Positions 1 to 9,424 are shown, numbered from the stretch's first letter. The stretch is DNA of 35,516 nucleotides from Ignavibacteria bacterium (GCA_041694835.1 JBGFRZ010000072.1:1-35516); one strand, 5' to 3'. Numbers and translations are program-made. The notes: generated by a model from the letters alone, not told the origin.

Positions 1-115
1 CCTATTTTCCTATTATAATTGGACGCAGATAAAGGCGGATTTGATAGATTAAAAACCATAAAAACAATCTGCTTTTATCAGAGTTATTTCTGCTTTCATC
101 TGCGTTCTATGTTTT

Positions 116-1003
116 TCAAGCGCCTATTCTCCTTCGAAATTTTGCCGAAAACCACTCCGCAACAAAACTAAACAGAAGCGTCATTATAAACAGCACGCAT
201 CCTATTCCAAATAGAGCATGCATATGAGGTGTTCCGCTCGCCGCCTCACCCATCTCTAATCCAATCGCGGCGGTCATTGGTCGCACAGATTGAAGAAAAG
301 AAGTTGGAATAACTGGCGAGCCGCCCGCGACCATCATCACCACCATCGTCTCACCGATGGCTCTGCCCATACCCAACACTACGGCTGTAACTATTCCCGG
401 AAAAGCCGCAGGAATAACCACTTTGACAGTTGTCTCCAATTTAGTTGCCCCTAAAGCATAGGATGCCTCTTTGTAAAGAGCAGGAACCGACGAAATAACA
501 TCTTCGGATATAGTCACGATAGTCGGGAGAGCCATTAAGGCCAACAAAATAGAAGCGGTAAGGGCGACAAGACCTATAGGCAAATCAAAGAAACGCATTA
601 TGAACGGAGCAAGCGCTACGACGCCAAAAAATCCATAGACCACCGACGGCACAGCCCCGAGCAGTTCCATTATTGGCTTCAATATTTCTTTTAGACGAGA
701 CGGAGCGACTTCGGCGATAAATGTTGCCGCGCCCACGCCCGCCGGAATAGCAATACACATTGCACCAAGAGTTACCCACAAGGAACCAAGTATAGCAGGA
801 AGGATACCATAAGCGGGTGGTTCAAAAAACAAAGGACGCCATTCGGTTCCAAAAACAAACTCTTTTAATGTTACCGTTTTTAAGATTGGCAATCCCCGAC
901 TAAAGAGAACAAAAACAATACCTGCAAGAAAAAACAATGACGCCAGAGCGAAGAATAAAAACAAAAACTCAATACTTTTATCCTGGCGAAAAAATTTTTT
1001 CAT
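116..1003 (-). CDS. pstC: Phosphate ABC transporter permease PstC
   Basis: Hydrophobic ABC permease with ELLGAVPSVVYGFFG, EASYALGATK (EAA loop) and GMGRAIGETM motifs; downstream of pstS. Start placed at ATG 1003 (ORF track extends to 1030). Confidence 0.93.
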   Translation of the reverse strand: MKKFFRQDKSIEFLFLFFALASLFFLAGIVFVLFSRGLPILKTVTLKEFVFGTEWRPLFFEPPAYGILPAILGSLWVTLGAMCIAIPAGVGAATFIAEVAPSRLKEILKPIMELLGAVPSVVYGFFGVVALAPFIMRFFDLPIGLVALTASILLALMALPTIVTISEDVISSVPALYKEASYALGATKLETTVKVVIPAAFPGIVTAVVLGMGRAIGETMVVMMVAGGSPVIPTSFLQSVRPMTAAIGLEMGEAASGTPHMHALFGIGCVLFIMTLLFSFVAEWFSAKFRRRIGA

Positions 1004-1020
1004 AGTTTTTCTTGCCCGAT

Positions 1021-1049
1021 ATGTTATCAAAAAATGTATTTTTTGTCAA
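1021..1049 (-). promoter_or_regulatory. Possible internal sigma70-type promoter for pstC
   Basis: Minus strand reads TTGACA-17 bp-TAACAT with TG just upstream of the -10 hexamer. Confidence 0.4.
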
Positions 1050-1065
1050 ACCATTTGTATTTAAC

Positions 1066-1312
1066 AAATAGCGAATAGTAGAAGGTGGAAGGTAGATGGT
1101 AGCGAGTAGATAGAACCGTGTAGATGCATCGTCTTACGATGCAATGAAAAATGTAAAATTAAAAATTATGTAGCGACGGGATTGCGATCCCGCAAATAAC
1201 AGCAAGTAGCAAATAGCGGATAGTGGCTGGTGACTTGTGGATGGTGACTGGATGAAATGAGCCACGAGCCACGAGCCACGAATCCTGTTCTCTGCCTCTG
1301 TCCTCTACTGCT
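1066..1312. repeat. Intergenic mosaic of 7-nt tandem tracts and GTAG hairpins
   Basis: AATAGCG/GGTAGAT tracts, a TGGCTGG/TGACTTG arm facing (GAGCCAC)x3, a CCTCTGT tract, and GTAG hairpins at 1120-1143 and 1170-1193. Confidence 0.85.
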
Positions 1313-1325
1313 CTTATGCTATGTG

Positions 1326-2156
1326 CTATTTAACGGGAACGAATCCCTCGTTGGCAACTATCTTTTGACCAGCCGGACTCAAGACGAAGTCAATATACCT
1401 TTTAGCCAAACCGCGCGGTTCTCCGTCGGTGTAAAGATAGAGTGACCTGCTAATAGGATACTTGCCACTGATGACATTTTCTCTTTCTGGAGAAATCTCA
1501 TCTATACTTATTGCTTTTGTCTTCTCATCAAGGAATCCCATGCCCACATATCCGATAGATGCGGGAGAACCCGACACAGCTGCCACTATGGCGCCGTTTG
1601 AAGCAAGAAAAGACGCTCTAGGATGTATCGCTTCAGCCTTCATTACGATATCCACAAAAGAACCAAATGTTCCGCTGCCGACATCACGGGAGACGATTAC
1701 AATTTTTCCCGGATTGCCACCAACATCTTTCCAATCGGTTATTTTTCCCGCATAGATATTCCGAACCTGTTTCATTGTAAGATTTCTAACCGGATTACTT
1801 GGATGGACTACAATCGCCATTCCGTCCATCGCTACGGTGTGTTCTACGGGATTTCTTCCGGCTGCGCGCATCTGCGTTTTTTCAGCGTGTTTCATAGGAC
1901 GAGACGACTGGGCAATGATTTTACCACCCTCTACCAGCGCCCTTACGCCTGCTCCCGAACCACCGCCGCGAACCGAGATATCGGTCCCGCGGTTTTCACG
2001 CATAAACGCCTCAGCTGTGGCTACGGTGATGGGAAAGACCGTAGTTGAGCCCTGGAGAATCAACCGCCTCTCTGCCTGTGCCGTCCGTGGAGCGATTGTT
2101 CCTAATGCAAGACCTAAAACAACTCCTGTTACTGCTGTTCCAAATAACTTTTTCAT
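1326..2156 (-). CDS. pstS: Phosphate ABC transporter substrate-binding protein PstS
   Basis: Signal peptide; GSTTVFP, GGGSGAG, SSRPMK, SRDVGSGT and YPISRSLY motifs; SD AGGAGG. Confidence 0.95.
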   Translation of the reverse strand: MKKLFGTAVTGVVLGLALGTIAPRTAQAERRLILQGSTTVFPITVATAEAFMRENRGTDISVRGGGSGAGVRALVEGGKIIAQSSRPMKHAEKTQMRAAGRNPVEHTVAMDGMAIVVHPSNPVRNLTMKQVRNIYAGKITDWKDVGGNPGKIVIVSRDVGSGTFGSFVDIVMKAEAIHPRASFLASNGAIVAAVSGSPASIGYVGMGFLDEKTKAISIDEISPERENVISGKYPISRSLYLYTDGEPRGLAKRYIDFVLSPAGQKIVANEGFVPVK

Positions 2157-2343
2157 CGCTGTTTCCTCCTTATATTAGTGCACAAGAAGTAAGTGCATAA
2201 GTTAAAACTTGTGCTCTTTTGCCGACCAAGTCGGCAACTACAACTCTGATTGCCAGTCGCCAGTTACCAATTATCGTTCAGTGACTAGCGATTACTGATT
2301 ACAATTCCCTATCTACTATCTACTGTCTGCTATCTACTAAATT

Positions 2344-3585
2344 TTACCATCTTGTCCTTAACTGGGTGCGAAATTCGTCGTTGGCCATTTCTTGTCCGCC
2401 TGTTATTTCTTTGTTCACATCGTATTCAATTCTCAGAGAAACATTTCTGACAATATCACAGAGTATAGCAAAATTCCACTGCTCTCTGTCCCATGTAAAT
2501 GGATTAGCCAACGTTTTGGGAGTGTTCACGATGTATTGGCCATAACGAACGAGTGGTTCTACGGCGGTCAGAAATCTTCCTCCGATTAAAGGATTGAACT
2601 TGAACCTGTGTGATAGTTGCGCATTCCACGCATCCCTGTTTAAGTTTCCATCGGTAGCATCGATATATTCACTCATAAGAAGCCAACTCGCTTTTCGCAG
2701 GACAATCCTTCCGCCGATACGTTGTTGTTTATTTTCAGGCCACCCTATAACATTAATGAAAGTAGCCCAGTCCTTTGAGTGTATCGCTGTCGGTCGCGAT
2801 GGCGATGCGGTCATCCGACTAACTAATCCAAACCCGACCAGATCAGCTGTTCCGTCTTTTCCAAAGTGAGAGCGGTATCCTAATCCAACTCCAAACTCAT
2901 CTGCTCTCTGACCATGGTCACGGTCGGCGAAAAATATATCCGTCGCTGTTGATAGCCCTACAACAAAGCTCGGCGCCCCATGTTCTGTTGGACGTCTATT
3001 ACCTGGTATTAACCCGGCGCCATAAGACAGGCGATATCTTATGTCTCCAAATCCAGTTGGAAATAGTCCGCCTGCTGTGACATTATACTGCTCATCTCTG
3101 TAAAAAGCAGCTGCAAGAATCGGATAAGCAGCGGTCAATCTGCTGCCCAAATCCATCTCTCCTGGTTCAATAAATCGGTCGGTAAGACCCGCTCTCAACC
3201 AGTGGTCCCCGAGAGAAAAACGGGTGTACCACTTATCAACGAGAGAGGTAGCCGTTGCCGCCCCTGCTCCATGTCTGAATTGGATGTTGCCAGCGGTGTA
3301 GACGCCATTGCTGAGTGTTGCTCTGAAGTTGAACTGTAGCCTATCTATTTCGATGTAATTTAACACTGTAGCGGACTCCGGGACAACGAGATTGAATCGC
3401 AGGTCTCCTCCGAGTTCCAGCCAGTCGGCTCTCTCTGGGCGAAGACCGCGCCTGTCATCTTCCAACACCTTTATTCTCTCTTCTAACGCCCTGATATCTC
3501 CGGCGGGAACTTCCGAAAAAGCCCGGGATGTCATAAGAGAGACAACAACCCCTAAACACCACAATTTCATTTGTCGAGTAACCAT
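2344..3585 (-). CDS. Putative outer-membrane beta-barrel/porin, possibly phosphate-related
   Basis: Signal peptide, short coiled coil (IRALEERIKVLE), alternating amphipathic strands, C-terminal ...QLRTRW; SD GGAGG; upstream of pstS. Confidence 0.6.
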   Translation of the reverse strand: MVTRQMKLWCLGVVVSLMTSRAFSEVPAGDIRALEERIKVLEDDRRGLRPERADWLELGGDLRFNLVVPESATVLNYIEIDRLQFNFRATLSNGVYTAGNIQFRHGAGAATATSLVDKWYTRFSLGDHWLRAGLTDRFIEPGEMDLGSRLTAAYPILAAAFYRDEQYNVTAGGLFPTGFGDIRYRLSYGAGLIPGNRRPTEHGAPSFVVGLSTATDIFFADRDHGQRADEFGVGLGYRSHFGKDGTADLVGFGLVSRMTASPSRPTAIHSKDWATFINVIGWPENKQQRIGGRIVLRKASWLLMSEYIDATDGNLNRDAWNAQLSHRFKFNPLIGGRFLTAVEPLVRYGQYIVNTPKTLANPFTWDREQWNFAILCDIVRNVSLRIEYDVNKEITGGQEMANDEFRTQLRTRW

Positions 3586-3611
3586 CTTTTGAACCTCCTA
3601 TGATTATTTTA

Positions 3612-3690
3612 GGACGCAGATTTTCGCAGATTCAATGGATTTCAAAAACATCTGCGTCAATCTTGTCAAATCTGCGTTTATCTGCGTTCC
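3612..3690 (-). repeat. GGACGCAGAT-family inverted-arm repeat (10-nt period)
   Basis: Reverse complement matches 18616-18694 at 71/79 positions; relatives at about 21-107, 17532-17763, 21709-21912, 29729-30095 and 32534-32680. Confidence 0.88.
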
Positions 3691-3836
3691 ATTTAATATA
3701 TCATCTCCTACATTTTTATTTACCCCCGAATGAATTCGGGGGCTACCAGCCACGACTACTTGACGGGCTTCGCCCACTTCCCAAATCCCCCTTATTTCCC
3801 CTTTAATAAAGGGGGGGGATTTAGACCAGTCCTCCG

Positions 3837-4031
3837 TTATTTTTTGCTTGCGTCAAACATTTTTCTCATCTGACGTAATTTTTCTTCCATGCGTTTTAAG
3901 TATCCGTCTACGAAGCCATCGTCCGCTGAATTCTCTAACTCCACAGTCGCCACCATATCTTTCAGAGTTTCAATCTGCGAACGAATTAGACTTACAATGA
4001 AATCCTTACGCAAGTCAAGTGTTATAGGCAT
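3837..4031 (-). CDS. Small helical hypothetical protein (64 aa)
   Basis: ATG at 4031 with strong SD AGGAGGTG; first ORF of the minus-strand phosphate unit. Confidence 0.65.
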   Translation of the reverse strand: MPITLDLRKDFIVSLIRSQIETLKDMVATVELENSADDGFVDGYLKRMEEKLRQMRKMFDASKK

Positions 4032-4173
4032 TTTATTTCTCACCTCCTTTTGTCGCATCCCCGATGTATGAGATTATTGAAAAAGTTCTTCTACCACACA
4101 AGACACAAAAAAATGAGAACTTCACAGAGAAATCACCCGCGATGATGTGAGTTCTGTGTTATTAAAACTCTGA

Positions 4174-4242
4174 ACCACGAAGACACGAAAACGCGAAATT
4201 GGTGACTTTTTTCGCGATTTCTAACTTTCGTGCTTTCGTGGT
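4174..4242. repeat. ACCACGAAGACACGAAA...TTTCGTGCTTTCGTGGT inverted-arm repeat (8-nt period)
   Basis: Self-complementary arms; relatives at 17607-17669 and 26998-27073. Confidence 0.85.
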
Positions 4243-4266
4243 AAAGTTTTTTCTCTGTGCTCCTTG

Positions 4267-4295
4267 CCCCGTTAGAAAAATCCTTTCTAACGGGG
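4267..4295. mobile_element. Minimal CCCCGTTAGA-family element
   Basis: Perfect 12-bp inverted repeat CCCCGTTAGAAA-AATCC-TTTCTAACGGGG followed by TGAA. Confidence 0.75.
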
Positions 4296-4430
4296 TGAAT
4301 GCCTCTGTGGTGAGGTTTTAGCAAAGCGTCAGTGGTCTCATGTATCAGGGACGCTCGCTGAACCCCTCTTAAAAAGTATTTTTGATTAAAAGAGCGGTCA
4401 AAATCTACGCAGCGAATTTTTTTCACTGAT

Positions 4431-4484
4431 ATTATATAACTCATCTGTTAAGCGAGTATAAGTAATTTGTTAATTTTTTGTTAA
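4431..4484 (-). promoter_or_regulatory. Pho-regulon-like promoter: TTAACA repeats at 11-bp phasing plus TATAAT
   Basis: Plus-strand TGTTAA at 4446, 4468 and 4479; minus-strand TATAAT at 4431-4436; points at the porin-pstS-pstC unit. Confidence 0.62.
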
Positions 4485-4603
4485 CCCCGTTAAAGGTATT
4501 CTATAATTATTATTCCACCATATCCAAATAGAGGGCTTGTCTCTGCAATCGCAGGTCACAAGATATAAGAAGTGTAGCAATAGCCTATTTGTATCAAGAA
4601 GAC

Positions 4604-4633
4604 TTGACAGCACTACCAATAGTATGCTATAAT
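4604..4633 (+). promoter_or_regulatory. Sigma70 promoter for the nrdR operon
   Basis: TTGACA (4604-4609), 18 bp, TATAAT (4628-4633), with extended -10 TG. Confidence 0.8.
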
Positions 4634-4666
4634 CCTCCCACATAGTATGGGTAGTGGTATCATAAT

Positions 4667-5164
4667 ATGAAATGTCCAACCTGTGGCAGCAATAATAATG
4701 AAGTTCTTGATACAAGAAATATTGATGGCAGTGCGGTGATAAAAAGGCGACGCGAATGCGTCTACTGTAAAAAACGCTTTACTACATATGAAAGAGTGGA
4801 GTTCCATCATCCTATGGTCGTCAAAAATGACAATAGCCGCGAAATTTTTGACCGTGGAAAACTCATGAAGGGCATGAGATTGGCTTGTCTAAAGAGACCT
4901 GTTTCCGAAGAAACACTTGAAAAAATTGTCGCAGAAATTGAAAAAGAATTGCAAGATTATATAATGGAGGCGCCTTCCAAAATCATCGGAGAATTGGCTC
5001 TTAAGCGGCTCCGACAGATTGATGAAGTGGCTTATGTCAGATTTGCTTCCATTTATAGAAAATTTGATAGTGTAGATGCTTTTATGAACGAGTTAAAAAA
5101 CTTAAAAAAACTCCGCCATTCGGCGAAAACTAAAAAAACACAGAAGTTAGAAAACACAAATTAA
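4667..5164 (+). CDS. nrdR: Transcriptional repressor NrdR
   Basis: MKCPTC...RRREC..C..RFTTYE Zn ribbon, ATP cone, DEVAYVRFASIY. Confidence 0.97.
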   Translation: MKCPTCGSNNNEVLDTRNIDGSAVIKRRRECVYCKKRFTTYERVEFHHPMVVKNDNSREIFDRGKLMKGMRLACLKRPVSEETLEKIVAEIEKELQDYIMEAPSKIIGELALKRLRQIDEVAYVRFASIYRKFDSVDAFMNELKNLKKLRHSAKTKKTQKLENTN

Positions 5165-5300
5165 AGTAAACAACTTGATAGAATGATAAAAAAATAAATT
5201 GCTAAAACGGTAGCAGACAAGTTGATATTTACCGAATTGTAGTTGCCAGTCATCAGTTGCCCGTTGTAGTTGGAGACATTGGTCTGCTATATTTAAGATA

Positions 5301-5618
5301 ATGGATAACAATAAAAATTGTCAGGACGAAAGTTGTAAAATTCCCGCAAGTGGCAACATGAACATCGCTTTACTGAATGACATTATTTCAGTTGCAAATT
5401 TACAAAGGTTGCGTCTAAAAGTTTTTGGTAAGTTAGGATGCGAAAAATGCGAATTTGTAAAAAAGTATTTGCAGGGAAAAATCGAATTTGACTATTATGA
5501 TATAAGCGAAGTTGAAGGACTGACCGAGGCGGCCGTCTGGGATGCCATTGATATCCCTGCGATTATTCTGGAAAAGGATGGCGATGCAATCGCGCGATGG
5601 AGCGATAGCAAAAAATAA
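5301..5618 (+). CDS. Glutaredoxin/NrdH-like CxxC redoxin
   Basis: KVFGKLGCEKC motif and cis-Pro-like DIPAII; lies between nrdR and nrdG. Confidence 0.7.
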   Translation: MDNNKNCQDESCKIPASGNMNIALLNDIISVANLQRLRLKVFGKLGCEKCEFVKKYLQGKIEFDYYDISEVEGLTEAAVWDAIDIPAIILEKDGDAIARWSDSKK

Positions 5619-5723
5619 TGTGGGAGCATTAAAAAGGTTATTTACCACGGAAAACACGACCTCTTGTCTTTAACCTCGTCTCTAATTTCGTAGCAGGGTT
5701 TTAGCGGAGCGTCAACAATCTCG

Positions 5724-6353
5724 ATGTGTAACGATTCAAAGATATTTGCGACATTCAAACCGGATTCCTTTATTGACTGGAACAAAGGGGTTACATCCGT
5801 CATATTTCTTGCCGGATGCAACTTCAGATGTCCGTGGTGTCACAATCTTGAAATAGTCATAAATCCGCACAAATATCCATTAGATTTTTCAACTTTGGAA
5901 AAAGAGTTGAAAGAAAGAAAAAAGTGGTGCAGTCGAGTTGTAATTTCGGGCGGAGAGCCAACGCATAACGCTCAACTGGTTTTTATCATGAGAAAACTAA
6001 AAGCGTTGGATCTTGCTCTGAAACTCGACACAAACGGTTCCAACCCCGCTCTTTTAAGTTCATTAGTCAAAGAAGAGTTGGTGGACTACATAGCGATGGA
6101 CATAAAAACATCCTTGGATACCGGAAGATATTCTCGCTGTTGCGGGGCAGATGTTGACATAGGCAAAATAAACAAAAGTATTGATGTAATAATAAGTTCG
6201 GGAATAGAATATCAGTTCAGGACCACTGTGGTGCCAGAGTTTGTAGATGATGAGGATATAACAAATATCCGCAGGAGAATTCCAGACAGCAGACATTATC
6301 TGCTTCAGAGATATTCTCCCGTGGAAGATAGAAAGTTTAGAGTTGAGAGTTGA
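5724..6353 (+). CDS. nrdG: Anaerobic ribonucleotide reductase activating enzyme (radical SAM)
   Basis: CNFRCPWCHN, VVISGGEPT, KLDTNGS and FRTTVVP motifs; adjacent to nrdD. Confidence 0.93.
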   Translation: MCNDSKIFATFKPDSFIDWNKGVTSVIFLAGCNFRCPWCHNLEIVINPHKYPLDFSTLEKELKERKKWCSRVVISGGEPTHNAQLVFIMRKLKALDLALKLDTNGSNPALLSSLVKEELVDYIAMDIKTSLDTGRYSRCCGADVDIGKINKSIDVIISSGIEYQFRTTVVPEFVDDEDITNIRRRIPDSRHYLLQRYSPVEDRKFRVES

Positions 6354-6558
6354 ACCAGTTTAGAATTTAGAGTTGAGAGTTGAGAGAATAAAATGCCGTA
6401 AAGTGGAAAACGTATATCGGAAAGCGGGAAGCGGAAAGAGTTAAAAGCCGTTCACCCTTCGCGCTTTATGCTTTGCGTTCTTCTATTTCCGCTTTCCGTT
6501 TTCTGTCCCCTCGCCTCTGACCTCTGTCCTCTAGACCAAGTTCTCTAAACTCTAAACT
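6333..6558. repeat. Nested inverted heptamer tracts
   Basis: Outer GAGTTKA / CTCTAAA arms and inner AAGCGGA / TTCCGCT arms; 6419-6477 matches the reverse complement of 15024-15082 at 51/59. Confidence 0.85.
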
Positions 6559-6575
6559 ATATTAATGGAGGTTTT

Positions 6576-9059
6576 ATGAGGACAAATTATTTTTCAGGTG
6601 TTATGAAAAGCGGCGGCAAGTTGGAGCAGTACGACTATAAGAAAATTCTTGCTTCGCTGAATAAAGCAAACAGTTCGGGAGATGATTATAAGAAAATAAA
6701 CGAAGTGGCTGAAAAAGTTGAAAAGGTTCTTATGTGTACTTTTCTGCCCGGTAGCATTATTTCGAGCGATCTTATCGGGAAGACAATAGAGGCATCGCTC
6801 GGCGAACTCAGTTTGCATCGCACACTGAAAGTATTTAATCAATTTCTTGTCTCAAAACAAAAAACGAGAAAAAATTTAAAAGTTGCCAAGCAGTCATCCA
6901 AAAAGGCGGATGTGACGGACTTTACCTTATTGGTTGAGACGGATAGTAGTTCACAACTATTTGAATGGGACAGAAAAAAAATCGCAGACGCTTTGGTTAA
7001 AGAAGCGAGAATAAACAACAAAGATGCTCATCAAATAGCGAAAAATGTTGAAAAAAAAATAATTTCTTCCGGATTAAAAAAAATAACCACTAGTTTAATC
7101 AGAGAAATCGTAGACAATGAACTCCTGTCGCTCGGTTATGTCGCAAATTTAAAAAGACAGGTTTCGCTCGGTATTCCCACATACAACCTCGAACAAATAA
7201 TTTTTTCAAAAAGTCAGGAAAACTCCAACATAGCGGCACACAACCCCGAAGCGGTCAATCTCGCCATCGCAGAAACCACGCTGAAACAATACGCTCTCAA
7301 CAACATATTTTCCAAGGAAGTCGCGGACGCTCATTTGGAAGGAAGGATTCATTTACACGATTTGGGATATCCCACGAGGGTCTATTGCTCGAGTCATTCT
7401 CTCGAATACATAAAAAAATACGGACTAAAGTTGGAAAATTTAGAAATTGTTTCATCTCCCGCCAAACATGCCCGGACATTGACAGGACATCTCAACACTT
7501 TTCTGGCTTCTATGCAGGCATACTATGCGGGAGCACTGGGAATTGGTTACATCAACATTTTTTACGCCCCCTACCTTGTTGGAATGAGTTATGAAGAAAT
7601 GCTTCAAGAGGCGCAGTATCTGATATTTTCTCTCTCTCAATCGGCGTTTTCAAGGGGTGGGCAGGTATTGTTTTTAGATGCAAACATACATACTGGAATT
7701 CCTTCATACTTAAAGAAGATTCCAGCCATCGGTCCCGGTGGCGTTGCAACCGGGAAAGTTTATGATGACTATGAAAAAGAATCGCAACTATTTGCCCTTG
7801 CCTTGCTTGAAGTTTGGCGCAAAGGCGATTCTAACGGCAACCTTTTTGCTTTCCCAAAGTGCGATTTGCATATAAACAGTGAAACTTTTACTGACCCGGC
7901 TCAGAGGAGGATTCTTGAATATGCCTGTGAAGTGGCGAGCGAAAACGGCACACCGTATTTTATTTTTGACAGAGACGAAGTGACGCTTTCCGCTTGTTGT
8001 CGACTCCGCACCACCATCACCGACAACTACATGATAGAACACCCCGAGAGCATGAGATTCTGCGGTTTCCAAAATGTTACAATAAATCTCCCGCAGTGTG
8101 CTTACCGCGCGGGCAAAAACAATTTAGACGGCTTATTAAAAGAAATATATGCGGATATGAATATAGCGGTTCGGGCACACCTGGAAAAGAAAAAATTTAT
8201 CGGCCGATTAATGTCCGAGAAAAATTTGCCTCTTTGGCAAATTGGCAAACTTGCGCTCGACGACAGACCTTATGTTGCTCTTGAAACGGCGACCTACATA
8301 GTGGGCATCATTGGTTTAAACGAATGTGTTCAACATATTACCGGCCGGCAGTTGCATGAAGACCCCGATGTTTTTAAGTTGGGATTAAAAATAATATCGG
8401 CGATGTTTATTAAGTCCAAAGAATTGGGGCAGAAACATAATTTGAAAATATCGCTTGAAGAAAGTCCGGCTGAATCCGCGTCGCGACGACTTGCCAAAGT
8501 GGACCTCCACAAATTCAAAGAGGCGAAAGACGTAATTAAAGGCAATCATTCGGCGGATGAGTTTTATTACACTAATAGCATTCACTTCGCCGCCGATGCT
8601 CCTGTAAATCTTTTTGAGAGGATTGAGAAACAGAGTAAATTTCACCCCCTTATTGAGAGCGGCGCTATAATTCACGCATTCATCGGAGAAGAAAGCCCCC
8701 AACCCGCGGCCGTGTATGACCTCATCAAAAAGACATGGGAAAATACAAAAGCAGCTCAACTTACTATTTCTCCCGAGTTTACAATTTGTTTTATCTGCAA
8801 CAAACACACTCGCGGACTGAAAGATTCCTGCATTTACTGCGGCTCCACTGCGGTTTATGGAATAACCAGAGTGGTGGGGTATTTTTCCAGAATAACAAAT
8901 TGGAACAAATCCAAAAAAGGAGAGTTAAAAGACAGACACAAAGGCGACTACGCGCTGAACAGTAGAGCGACACAGCAACATAGCGACATAGCGACAGATT
9001 ATGTAGCGGCGGGTTTACCATCCCGCAAATTGTCGCATAGTAGTGCTTTGTTAAGTTAG
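6576..9059 (+). CDS. nrdD: Class III (anaerobic) ribonucleoside-triphosphate reductase
   Basis: N-terminal ATP-cone(s), IHLHDL, SACCRL finger loop, CxxC...CxxC Zn site, RVVGYF glycyl-radical loop; SD GGAGG. Confidence 0.96.
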   Translation: MRTNYFSGVMKSGGKLEQYDYKKILASLNKANSSGDDYKKINEVAEKVEKVLMCTFLPGSIISSDLIGKTIEASLGELSLHRTLKVFNQFLVSKQKTRKNLKVAKQSSKKADVTDFTLLVETDSSSQLFEWDRKKIADALVKEARINNKDAHQIAKNVEKKIISSGLKKITTSLIREIVDNELLSLGYVANLKRQVSLGIPTYNLEQIIFSKSQENSNIAAHNPEAVNLAIAETTLKQYALNNIFSKEVADAHLEGRIHLHDLGYPTRVYCSSHSLEYIKKYGLKLENLEIVSSPAKHARTLTGHLNTFLASMQAYYAGALGIGYINIFYAPYLVGMSYEEMLQEAQYLIFSLSQSAFSRGGQVLFLDANIHTGIPSYLKKIPAIGPGGVATGKVYDDYEKESQLFALALLEVWRKGDSNGNLFAFPKCDLHINSETFTDPAQRRILEYACEVASENGTPYFIFDRDEVTLSACCRLRTTITDNYMIEHPESMRFCGFQNVTINLPQCAYRAGKNNLDGLLKEIYADMNIAVRAHLEKKKFIGRLMSEKNLPLWQIGKLALDDRPYVALETATYIVGIIGLNECVQHITGRQLHEDPDVFKLGLKIISAMFIKSKELGQKHNLKISLEESPAESASRRLAKVDLHKFKEAKDVIKGNHSADEFYYTNSIHFAADAPVNLFERIEKQSKFHPLIESGAIIHAFIGEESPQPAAVYDLIKKTWENTKAAQLTISPEFTICFICNKHTRGLKDSCIYCGSTAVYGITRVVGYFSRITNWNKSKKGELKDRHKGDYALNSRATQQHSDIATDYVAAGLPSRKLSHSSALLS

Positions 9060-9424
9060 TTTTTTTGGCTCTTCTCCAAATGTTGTTGTAACATTGGGTA
9101 AGGGTAAAAACAAAGTATTTTCGCTCATTCTCGTCCCGATAAATCGGGCGCGGGGCAATCAAGTGTTCACACTTGATTAAACCCGCTCAAACACTTTGTT
9201 TTTATACGCACAGCAAAAAATGGAGAAGACCCGTTTTTTTAGGTGGTGGATTTTTTAATACCATTGCCGACTTTGCTTTTGTAAATCCCCCTGCGCGGAG
9301 TTTACCCCGCACAGTTATTGTGCGGGGCTTCCCCCTTTATTAAAGGGGGACTAAGGGGGATTTGTTCCCGACACTTGTGAGCGGCACTATCAAAGATTTA
9401 TGTCACAGGACACTAAAAACATCT

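Noticed and set aside
4133-4444. 103-aa minus-strand ORF
   Set aside because: Made of translated repeats (HPVRKDFSNGA from the TIR element, plus the CACGAA arms) and overlaps the predicted promoter; probably spurious.
4485-4494. CCCCGTTAAA as another element copy
   Set aside because: No matching right terminus, and it abuts the TGTTAA Pho-box-like array.
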